Positions 34,740 to 54,615 of a stretch of DNA of 64,000 nt are shown here, piece after piece; within the stretch, counting starts at the first letter, position 1, and every line of letters begins with the position of its first letter. Made by a program: the position numbers and the translations under genes. Origin of the DNA: Macrostomum lignano. Lineage: Eukaryota. The stretch spans positions 267,306-331,305 of the forward strand of contig NIVC01000046.1 in the NCBI GenBank assembly GCA_002269645.1, read 5' to 3'. The notes beneath the pieces were generated by a model. The model was not told where the DNA came from. It searched no databases and saw only the letters and a list, made by a program, of their open reading frames with translations.

Positions 34740-37669
34740 ATGAACCTGCTCCCGGAGCTGAAGAGCGCCGCCATGGACGGCAGAGTCGGCAAGGTGCGGC
34801 AGTTTCTACGGAGCAGCGTCAGTCCGGACGTCGCTGACGACCGGCAGCGGACGGCGCTGCACTGGGCAGCCGAGCGAGGCCAGTCCAGGGTGGCGAGGCT
34901 TCTCATCGAGGCCGGAGCTCAGCTGGACGCTCAGGACAGCAGCGGAGCGACCGCTCTGCACCTGGCCTCGATGCACGGTCACCGGGATGCGGTCCGGCTG
35001 CTGCTCGAGTCCGAGGCCGACACCAGCCTGGTGACGAAGTCCAGCTCCTCGGCGCTGCACCTCGCCTCGCGGAACGGCCACCTCGAAGTCGTGCAGCTGC
35101 TGAGCCAGCAGGCCGACTGCGACCAGCAGCTCGCAGACGGAGACTCGCCGGTGCACCTGGCTGCTCAGCTCGGGCAGCAGCTCGTGCTCGCTGCTCTGCT
35201 GCTGGCAGCCGCGGATCCGAGCGCCAGGAATGCGCGCGGCCAGACCCCGCTGCACTCCGCGGCTCTCCACGGCCAGCGGGCCGCCATTGAGCTGCTCGTC
35301 CGGGCGGGAGTCGCCGCCGACTCGCTGGCCTGCGACGGGTCGATGCCGCTGCACGCTGCGGCAGCGATGGGGCACGAGGCCGCTTCCCAGACTCTGCTGC
35401 AGCTCGGCTGCGGGCTCGGTGACCTCAACAAGGACGGGCTCAGCCCCGCTGCCATCGCCTGTCGCTTCGGACATCGCGAGGTCTTGCATCTGCTGCTCAA
35501 GAATGCGACTCACGCCAGAGAGCTCGGAATCCGGCACGAAGGAACAAATAGACGGCTGCAGCAGCTGATTTATGATCGTCTTATCATTGAACCTCGAGCT
35601 CACAGACTGTCGCTCAGGTCGTCTGCATTCGATGAGAGGTTGGGAGCTCGTAAATCTTGTTTTACTCAAATTTATGTTAATCATTTTTGAAATGCCGATT
35701 TCTTGTTACACAGAAGCGAGCAGGTGAGCATGCGCGACGACGAGCATCTAATCGAAGTCGAACCAGAAGACGACGGCTTCCCAGCGTGTCAAGAGAGCAG
35801 CACTAAGCTGCACAAAGCACTGAAAGATTGCGGTTTTGTTCTGAACCGAGTCAAGCTGCAATCTGCGTGCTCGGATGCTTTGCAGCATATTGTTAGAAAG
35901 CGACTGGACGCAGATGAGTACAAGGACTACCAAGTGTACATCGTCGGGAGCTACAGTGACGGCTGGTCCAACAGCCTGGTTCGACTGGACGGTCAAACTG
36001 ACGCAGACTCCGACATCGACGTCTGCCTCATAGCGATAGGCATGCTGTTTCATATCAAAGGCAGCTGCAGCTGCATCAACTGTTCATTTTTTGGAGAACG
36101 TCACGCTGAAGTGGAGTATGAGAACGGTCACGTCAAATGGGGCGAATCGCGTAAGCAAATTTACAATATTTTCGGTTTAGCGTTGCCAGAGAGTTTGCAT
36201 AACGAATGCCTAAAACCTTCACTGCAGCTTCGAATCCGTCGCAGCGGTGGGCCGGATCTGACGAGAGACCGGCAGTGGATCTGGTTTGGGCCTTCCGCTG
36301 CTGTTGCTATCCAAGAATCGAGGTGCTGCAGCCAGGGTACAAAACTTGCATTGCTCCATCAGTGCTGCAGAGCCTGAGGCAGGAGATGCTGGAGTCTCCC
36401 TGTCACCTGGTGTCGGCGGCTCCACCTGGCAAGGACGGACAACAGCTGAGGGTCAGCACCACCTTTCTGGAGCGAAGGCTGCTCAGAAGCCTCACAATCG
36501 AACAGGGACACGTGTTCCTGCTCATCAAGTTCATCATTAAGAAGGTGATTGCAGCTCGCGTGAGTGGACTGAAGACCTACATTGCCAAGACTCTGATGTT
36601 CCAGCTGCTGGATGAAACGCCCGCAGTGGACTGGCACAGTAGCCTTCTAATCCAGTTAGCGAGAAGGGCACTGCTCATGCTGTTGAACTCATTGAGAGAC
36701 ACACCAGATCCGCGTAAATGCATGAGACACTTCTTTCTCAAAGACGCTTGGGTTTGTCTGAAGAAACATCACGATGAGAAGGAAGTCATTGCGCTCGCAG
36801 TACGTAACGTAGTCGATCATCTCCCAGAAATTGTCTCGCAATACGAAAGAGTTCTGTCGCCTTTAGTGCAGGACAAAAGTTTTAATTTTCACCCGTTCCT
36901 GGTGCTGCCAATCCTGAATCCGAGGCCCGTGCCGCTGTCTTCCAGGCTGCAGTTCCACGATGTCTACGATGCGATCCGGTCAATTTTATTGAAGCTCAAT
37001 CTCGGACGCTGCCTGCTGGAGGACAAACACGAGATGCTGAAGTTGGCGAGGAGAATTCCGGAGTACGCTCGCTCTGCAAAATATTCGCTGATTGCGTTGA
37101 TTTACTTGAAGTTCGGCAAGCTGTACGCAGCGCGAAGGGTGCTGCACTCGTGTCGATATCATCAGGTTGGCCGAGTTCTGCCCCGCTTGCGTGAGCAAGC
37201 GACTGATGCAGATGCAGAACTGGCGGTGTGGGAGCACTTGGAAGGGGTCAGCTCCATTTGGAAGCTCCTGATTCAATCTGACAAGCCTTTGGCTTTCGAA
37301 TTCCTGCAAGACAGGTTAAAAGATTTTGTCTCGCTGAGCTCTGGTCAGTTTGACTGGTACTATGTGAACTTTGATGCGCTGCTCAAAAACCTGAGCATCT
37401 GGTTAGACTACGACGTCGACTTGGAGCTTTGGTTCGAAGACAACCTTCGACGCGCCAGACTTGACGTTCAAGAGCTGCTTGTGACGCTGGAACTTTGCAA
37501 TGATGACGAAATTCTTGTCCGACTGATTCACAAGCATCGGAAATTAATTTGCGGCCATCAGGAGACGAGACAGAAGGCTGAAGAGCTGATGCAGCGATTG
37601 GTAAGTGATCCTGTTTTGCGGAAATTTCAAAATTTGTGCCAGTTAGTTCTGTACTTACAGGTACCTTGA
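34740..37669 (+). CDS. Ankyrin-repeat / Mab-21 (cGLR-type) nucleotidyltransferase, paralog 2; at least 905 aa
   Basis: Exons 34740-35638, 35714-36150 and 36228-37600, with phase 2, 1 and 0 introns at the same positions as paralog 1. The last exon is either 37661-37669 or 38132-38644. About 8 ANK repeats; IVGSYSDG...DSDIDV; PAVDLV; KTYIAKTLMFQLLDETP..W; RHFF. Confidence 0.85.
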
Positions 37670-37929
37670 CTCCACCCACCAGGTCCAGTTAAAAAATCTC
37701 TGTAATTTGAGTAGCAGGTAACATCAAAGTAACATCTTTGCTAAGAGAGGTTGACAACAAATCAACCCATTGGGCTTGTCACTAAGGTCCACGAAAATCG
37801 AATGGTATTTACTATTATATTGAACATTTGGTTGTAGGCAGAACCCCATGGTAAGATGTATTTGTGTAGGAGATAGTATCTGCTCTATAGTCACAGCAAA
37901 CCAAATAAAGATTATGAAACTATACATTT

Positions 37930-38065
37930 GCAAGAGGTTGTACGCGATTGAAAGATCGGAGGCGGGGGTTCGATTCTCGACCCAATCGGAAAAAATCTGT
38001 GTCCTTGAGCAAGACACTTAAAACTCTTGCATTGCTTCCGTTCACCCAGCTGTAAAACGGGTAAA
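37930..38065 (+). mobile_element. tRNA-derived SINE with CORE-like central domain, copy 1
   Basis: B-box GGTTCGATTC (37967), then GTGTCCTTGAGCAAGACACTTAA..CACCCAGCTGTAAAACGGGTA, similar to the CORE/MIR motif CCTTGGGCAAGTCACTTAA..CTGTAAAATGGG. Confidence 0.7.
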
Positions 38066-38131
38066 ATTTAAATTGAGTGTGAGTGTTGTAATACCTAGCC
38101 TAGCAACTATCATTTACCCAATGCTTTTCAG

Positions 38132-38644
38132 CCATCACTGGCTAAAAAGAGCTCACAAAGGACTGTGCAAGCCCTGGCTTCTACCGTAGCAGATCCCGAC
38201 TGTCTCGATGAGAGAGCTGATGAAGAACCGGCAGCAAATTCAAGCTTGGTGAAGTTGCTCACCTGTTTCTCCCTGTCGCTGCTGATCTCGCTGGCAAAGC
38301 GGTCGAGACGCCGCGGATTCCGCGCGGTGTCTGAGGCGTTCCTTGAGGCAGCAATGCGGAAGCGAGCTGCCTGTCGGATTCGGGGCAGCATTTTGGGGAT
38401 TTATTTCTTTGCTAAGATTGCAATATTAAGCTCGGTGTTTGTGTTTTTACTGTTACTCCTGCTCATGGTTGCCACTGGTTATATAAAGGACTCTGAGCTG
38501 GCCTCGACCATGACCTATGTGGCTATCCTGGTCATCATGATGGCCATGATTGTGCCGGCTTGTTTGATGTGCGTCGACGCTTCCAGATCTGTTAATCGCA
38601 CGGTTGAAGCTGTGGACTCTGGCTATGAAGAGCGAGCTGGATAG
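38132..38644 (+). CDS. Open exon with 2-3 hydrophobic (transmembrane-like) segments; candidate final exon of ANK-cGLR paralog 2
   Basis: Acceptor TGCTTTTCAG ends at 38131 in phase 0. IAILSSVFVFLLLLLLMVATG and MTYVAILVIMMAMIVPACLMCV are separated by a short loop. Confidence 0.5.
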   Translation, partial: PSLAKKSSQRTVQALASTVADPDCLDERADEEPAANSSLVKLLTCFSLSLLISLAKRSRRRGFRAVSEAFLEAAMRKRAACRIRGSILGIYFFAKIAILSSVFVFLLLLLLMVATGYIKDSELASTMTYVAILVIMMAMIVPACLMCVDASRSVNRTVEAVDSGYEERAG

Positions 38645-38904
38645 TTGTGCTCAATGTTGCGGAGGGAATATCCTAGGGACAACGCACAAGCAATCTGAAT
38701 CGCATTCTAATAAATCTCTAGATTATTGAAAAGTTGCATGCAAGGTTAGCGAATTTTAAAGTACTTTTACCTGTGACACTGTTCACCTGTGCATGCGATT
38801 TTGTGGAAAATATATGCAGAGTGGAACATTTTTGTTTGAATGCATCCGCCACGTTTCTCGCTACATAAACGGTAAATCGATATTGCTCCTAATTTCAGTG
38901 CACT

Positions 38905-41900
38905 TACGTCTCATCTGACACATCTCACCTGTAATTACTACACCTCATCTGACACATCTCACCTGTACTAACTGCACCTCATCTGACACATCCCACCTGT
39001 ACTTACTGCACCTCATCTGACATATCTCACCTGCACTTACTACACCTCATCTGACACATCTCACCTGCACTTACTGCATCTCATCTGACACATCCCACCT
39101 GTACTTACTGCACCTCATCTGACACATCTCACCTGCACTTACTGCACCTCATCTGACACATCTCACCTGTACTTACTGCATCTCATCTGACACATCCCAC
39201 CTGTACTTACTGCACCTCATCTGACACATCTCACCTGTACTTACTACACCTCATCTGACACATCTCACCTGCACTTACTGCACCTCATCTGACACATCTC
39301 ACCTGCACTTACTGCACCTCATCTGACACATCTTACCTGTACTAACTGCACCTCATCTGACACATCTTACCTGTACTTACTGCACCTCATCTGACACATC
39401 TCACCTGCACTTACTGCACCTCATCTGACACATCTTACCTGTACTAACTGCACCTCATCTGACACATCTTACCTGTACTTGCTGAACCTCATCAGACACA
39501 TCTTACCTGTACTAACTGCACTTCATCTGACACATCTTACCTGTACTTGCTGTACCTCATCTGACACATCTTACCTGTACTTGCTGTACCTCATCTGACA
39601 CATCTTACCTGTACTTGCTGTACCTCATCTGACACATCTTACCTGTACTTGCTGTACCTCATCTGACACATCTTACCTGTACTTACTGCACCTCATCTGA
39701 CACATCCCACCTGTACTTACTGCACCTCATCTGACACATCTTACCTGTACTTACTGCACCTCATCTGACACATCCCACCTGTACTTACTGCACCTCATCT
39801 GACACATCCCACCTGTACTTACTGCACCTCATCTGACACATCCCACCTGTACTTACTGCACCTCATCTGACACATCCCACCTGTACTTACTGCACCTCAT
39901 CTGACACATCTCACCTGTACTAACTGCACCTCATCTGACACATCTCACCTGTACTAACTGCACCTCATCTGACACATCTTACCTGTACTTACTGCACCTC
40001 ATCTGACACATCTCACCTGTACTTACTGCACCTCATCTGACACATCCCACCTGTACTTACTGCACCTCATCTGACACATCCCACCTGTACTTACTGCACC
40101 TCATCTGACACATCTTACCTGTACTAACTGCACCTCATCTGACACATCTTACCTGTACTTACTGCACCTCATCTGACACATCTTACCTGTACTAACTGCA
40201 CCTCATCTGACACATCTTACCTGTACTTACTGCACCTCATCTGACACATCCCACCTGTACTTACTGCACCTCATCTGACACATCCCACCTGTACTTACTG
40301 CACCTCATCTGACACATCCCACCTGTACTTACTGCACCTCATCTGACACATCCCACCTGTACTTACTGCACCTCATCTGACACATCCCACCTGTACTTAC
40401 TGCACCTCATCTGACACATCTTACCTGTACTTACTGCACCTCATCTGACACATCCCACCTGTACTTACTGCACCTCATCTGACACATCTTACCTGTACTT
40501 ACTGCACCTCATCTGACACATCCCACCTGTACTTACTGCACCTCATCTGACACATCCCACCTGTACTTACTGCACCTCATCTGACACATCCCACCTGTAC
40601 TTACTGCACCTCATCTGACACATCTTACCTGTACTTACTGCACCTCATCTGACACATCCCACCTGTACTTACTGCACCTCATCTGACACATCCCACCTGT
40701 ACTTACTGCACCTCATCTGACACATCCCACCTGTACTTACTGCACCTCATCTGACACATCCCACCTGTACTTACTGCACCTCATCTGACACATCCCACCT
40801 GTACTTACTGCACCTCATCTGACACATCCCACCTGTACTTACTGCACCTCATCTGACACATCTCACCTGTACTAACTGCACCTCATCTGACACATCTCAC
40901 CTGTACTAACTGCACCTCATCTGACACATCTTACCTGTACTTACTGCACCTCATCTGACACATCTCACCTGTACTTACTGCACCTCATCTGACACATCCC
41001 ACCTGTACTTACTGCACCTCATCTGACACATCCCACCTGTACTTACTGCACCTCATCTGACACATCTTACCTGTACTAACTGCACCTCATCTGACACATC
41101 TCACCTGCACTTACTGCACCTCATCTGACACATCTTACCTGTACTAACTGCACCTCATCTGACACATCTTACCTGTACTTACTGCACCTCATCTGACACA
41201 TCCCACCTGTACTTACTGCACCTCATCTGACACATCCCACCTGTACTTACTGCACCTCATCTGACACATCCCACCTGTACTTACTGCACCTCATCTGACA
41301 CATCCCACCTGTACTTACTGCACCTCATCTGACACATCCCACCTGTACTTACTGCACCTCATCTGACACATCTTACCTGTACTTACTGCACCTCATCTGA
41401 CACATCCCACCTGTACTTACTGCACCTCATCTGACACATCCCACCTGTACTTACTGCACCTCATCTGACACATCCCACCTGTACTTACTGCACCTCATCT
41501 GACACATCCCACCTGTACTTACTGCACCTCATCTGACACATCTTACCTGTACTTACTGCACCTCATCTGACACATCCCACCTGTACTTACTGCACCTCAT
41601 CTGACACATCTTACCTGTACTAACTGCACCTCATCTGACACATCTCACCTGTACTAACTGTACCTCATCTGACACATCTTACCTGTACTTGCTGTACCTC
41701 ATCTGACACATCTCACCTGTACTTACTGCACCTCATCTGACACATCTTACCTGTACTAACTGCACCTCATCTGACACATCCCACCTGTACTTACTGCACC
41801 TCATCTGACACATCCCACCTGTACTTACTGCACCTCATCTGACACATCTTACCTGTACTTACTGCACCTCATCTGACACATCCCACCTGTACTTACTGCA

Positions 41901-44124
41901 CCTCATCTGACACATCTTACCTGTACTAACTGCACCTCATCTGACACATCTTACCTGTACTTACTGCACCTCATCTGACACATCTCACCTGTACTTACTG
42001 CACCTCATCTGACACATCCCACCTGTACTTACTGCACCTCATCTGACACATCCCACCTGTACTTACTGCACCTCATCTGACACATCTTACCTGTACTAAC
42101 TGCACCTCATCTGACACATCTTACCTGTACTTACTGCACCTCATCTGACACATCTTACCTGTACTTGCTGTGCCTCATCTGACACATCTTACCTGTACTA
42201 ACTGCACCTCATCTGACACATCTCACCTGTACTTACTGCACCTCATCTGACACATCTTACCTGTACTTGCTGTACCTCATCTGACACATCTTACCTGTAC
42301 TAACTGCACCTCATCTGACACATCTTACCTGTACTTACTGCACCTCATCTGACACATCTTACCTGTACTTGCTGTGCCTCATCTGACACATCTTACCTGT
42401 ACTAACTGCACCTCATCTGACACATCTCACCTGTACTTACTGCACCTCATCTGACACATCTTACCTGTACTTGCTGTACCTCATCTGACACATCTTACCT
42501 GTACTTGCTGTACCTCATCTGACACATCTTACCTGTACTTGCTGTACCTCATCTGACACATCTTACCTGTACTTGCTGTACCTCATCTGACACATCTTAC
42601 CTGTACTAACTGCACCTCATCTGACACATCTTACCTGTACTTACTTCACCTCATCTGACACATCTCACCTGTACTTACTGCACCTCATCTGACACATCCC
42701 ACCTGTACTTACTGCACCTCATCTGACACATCCCACCTGTACTTACTGCACCTCATCTGACACATCTTACCTGTACTAACTGCACCTCATCTGACACATC
42801 TCACCTGCACTTACTGCACCTCATCTGACACATCTTACCTGTACTAACTGCACCTCATCTGACACATCTTACCTGTACTTACTGCACCTCATCTGACACA
42901 TCCCACCTGTACTTACTGCACCTCATCTGACACATCCCACCTGTACTTACTGCACCTCATCTGACACATCCCACCTGTACTTACTGCACCTCATCTGACA
43001 CATCCCACCTGTACTTACTGCACCTCATCTGACACATCCCACCTGTACTTACTGCACCTCATCTGACACATCTTACCTGTACTTACTGCACCTCATCTGA
43101 CACATCCCACCTGTACTTACTGCACCTCATCTGACACATCCCACCTGTACTTACTGCACCTCATCTGACACATCCCACCTGTACTTACTGCACCTCATCT
43201 GACACATCCCACCTGTACTTACTGCACCTCATCTGACACATCTTACCTGTACTTACTGCACCTCATCTGACACATCCCACCTGTACTTACTGCACCTCAT
43301 CTGACACATCTTACCTGTACTTACTGCACCTCATCTGACACATCTCACCTGTACTAACTGTACCTCATCTGACACATCTTACCTGTACTTGCTGTACCTC
43401 ATCTGACACATCTCACCTGTACTTACTGCACCTCATCTGACACATCTTACCTGTACTAACTGCACCTCATCTGACACATCCCACCTGTACTTACTGCACC
43501 TCATCTGACACATCCCACCTGTACTTACTGCACCTCATCTGACACATCTTACCTGTACTTACTGCACCTCATCTGACACATCCCACCTGTACTTACTGCA
43601 CCTCATCTGACACATCTTACCTGTACTAACTGCACCTCATCTGACACATCTTACCTGTACTTACTGCACCTCATCTGACACATCTCACCTGTACTTACTG
43701 CACCTCATCTGACACATCCCACCTGTACTTACTGCACCTCATCTGACACATCCCACCTGTACTTACTGCACCTCATCTGACACATCTTACCTGTACTAAC
43801 TGCACCTCATCTGACACATCTTACCTGTACTTACTGCACCTCATCTGACACATCTTACCTGTACTTGCTGTGCCTCATCTGACACATCTTACCTGTACTA
43901 ACTGCACCTCATCTGACACATCTCACCTGTACTTACTGCACCTCATCTGACACATCTTACCTGTACTTGCTGTACCTCATCTGACACATCTTACCTGTAC
44001 TTGCTGTACCTCATCTGACACATCTTACCTGTACTTGCTGTACCTCATCTGACACATCTTACCTGTACTTGCTGTACCTCATCTGACACATCTTACCTGT
44101 ACTTGCTGTACCTCATCTGACACA
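38905..44124. repeat. 34-bp satellite array, ~5.2 kb (CACCTCATCTGACACATCYYACCTGTACTTACTG)
   Basis: About 150 copies, with an internal higher-order duplication at an offset of 1700 bp. Confidence 0.98.
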
Positions 44125-44611
44125 TGGAAAAACAAAAGCTATCATAGTTAGTTACAGATTTCAGACTGAATTACCTGTTCCAGCCAATTTCATCGGATAA
44201 ACACAACTATCTATCCCAATGCGAGCCGTTATATTTCATGCTTTTTTCAAAATGATAGAAAAATGCAATTAAAGTGCTTTACAGTAGAGCATTAAGTAAA
44301 TTAACACTAAAACTTTGGTTAAAGTGTCAAAAAGTATTTTAACTCAATTCAATCCAGTCAAAACATGAGTTACGATTAATTTTTTTGATTTTGGATACAA
44401 GTACGGAAATTAAATCTTTGCATAAATATTGAGTAAACTGCACTCACCAGAGAAGATTAGAGTAATTTTTTAAAAAAAGATTTGAAAACAGTTTTATAAT
44501 CGTGCCAGCAATGAATGATTGTTAACTAATTAATGAAAAGTAGTCATGTTGAAATAAACAGTCAGAATTTCTGCCGCACAGCAGCTGATCTTGTTTGAAA
44601 TATCGATTGAG

Positions 44612-45492
44612 TCTAGGTCAAGTGGGTCAGGGATCGGGTGGGTCAGGGGTCAAGTGAGTCAGGGATCGAGTGGGTCAGGGATCGAGTGGGTCAGGGATCA
44701 AGTGGGTCAGGGATCAAGTGGGTCAGGGATCGAGTGGGTCAGGGATCGAGTGGGTCAAGGATCAAGTGGGTCAGGGGTCAAGTGGGTCAGGGGTCAAGTG
44801 GGTCAGGGATCAAGTGGGTCAGGGGTCAAGTGGGTCAGGGGTCAAGTGGGTCGGGATCAAGTGGGTCAGGGATCAAGTGGATCAGGGATCAAGAGGGTCA
44901 GGGATCAAGAGGGTCAGTCAGGGATCAAGAGGGTCAGGGATCAAGTGGGTCATTCAGGGATCAAGAGGGTCAGGGATCAAGAGGGTCAGGGATCAAGAGG
45001 GTCAGGGATCAAGAGTATCAGTCAGGGATCAAGTGGGTCAGTCAGGGATCAAGAGGGTCAGGGATCAAGAGGGTCAGGGATCAAGAGGATCAGTCAGGGA
45101 TCAAGTGGGTCAGTCAGGGATCAAGTGGGTCAGGGATCAAGTGGGTCAGGGATCAAGTGGGTCAGGGGTCAAGTGGGTCAGGGATCAAGTGGGTTCGGGA
45201 TCAAGTGGGTCAGGGATCAAGTGGATCAGGGATCAAGAGGGTCAGTCAGGGATCAAGAGGGTCAGGGATCAAGTGGGTCATTCAGGAATCAAGTGGGTCA
45301 GTCAGGGATCAAGAGGGTCAGGGATCAAGAGGGTCAGGGATCAAGAGGGTCAGGGATCAAGAGGGTCAGGGATCAAGAGGATCAGTCAGGGATCAAGAGG
45401 GTCAGGGATCAAGAGTATCAGTCAGGGATCAAGTGGGTCAGTCAGGGATCAAGTGGGTCAGGGATCAAGTGGGTCAGGGATCAAGTGGGTCA
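44612..45492. repeat. G-rich ~16-bp minisatellite (GGGTCAGGGATCAAGT)
   Basis: Seen directly; the long ORFs here are repeat artefacts. Confidence 0.95.
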
Positions 45493-45733
45493 AAGATCTT
45501 TGAATCAAAGTCGCCAGTAACAATTATGCTTTTTACGAGCATGCAATTCAGTAAAAACCGAGTCAATAAACGAGCGTAACTACCAGTGGCCGAGGAAGAT
45601 AGGAGAGCAATGACCTCAGTGATATCAGCCATAAAAATCTGCCCCATACCGGCTTCGGCAGAAACCAAACTATCAGTAAATAATAACTCTTTGCTGCATT
45701 AGTTTTGGTTGGTTTAAAGTGAATTTGAGGTCA

Positions 45734-54615
<8,882 letters not shown>

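Noticed and set aside
34806-35684. 292-aa antisense ORF over the ankyrin exon
   Set aside because: Shadow ORF of GC-rich coding sequence, with no recognisable motif
15324-38644. A STING or other canonical cGLR-pathway partner gene near the cGLR-like loci
   Set aside because: None was recognisable; the 38132-38644 TM exon lacks any STING ligand-binding domain
44591-45579. Three ~300-aa overlapping G/S/Q-rich ORFs
   Set aside because: By-products of a stop-free 16-bp minisatellite that is open in all frames
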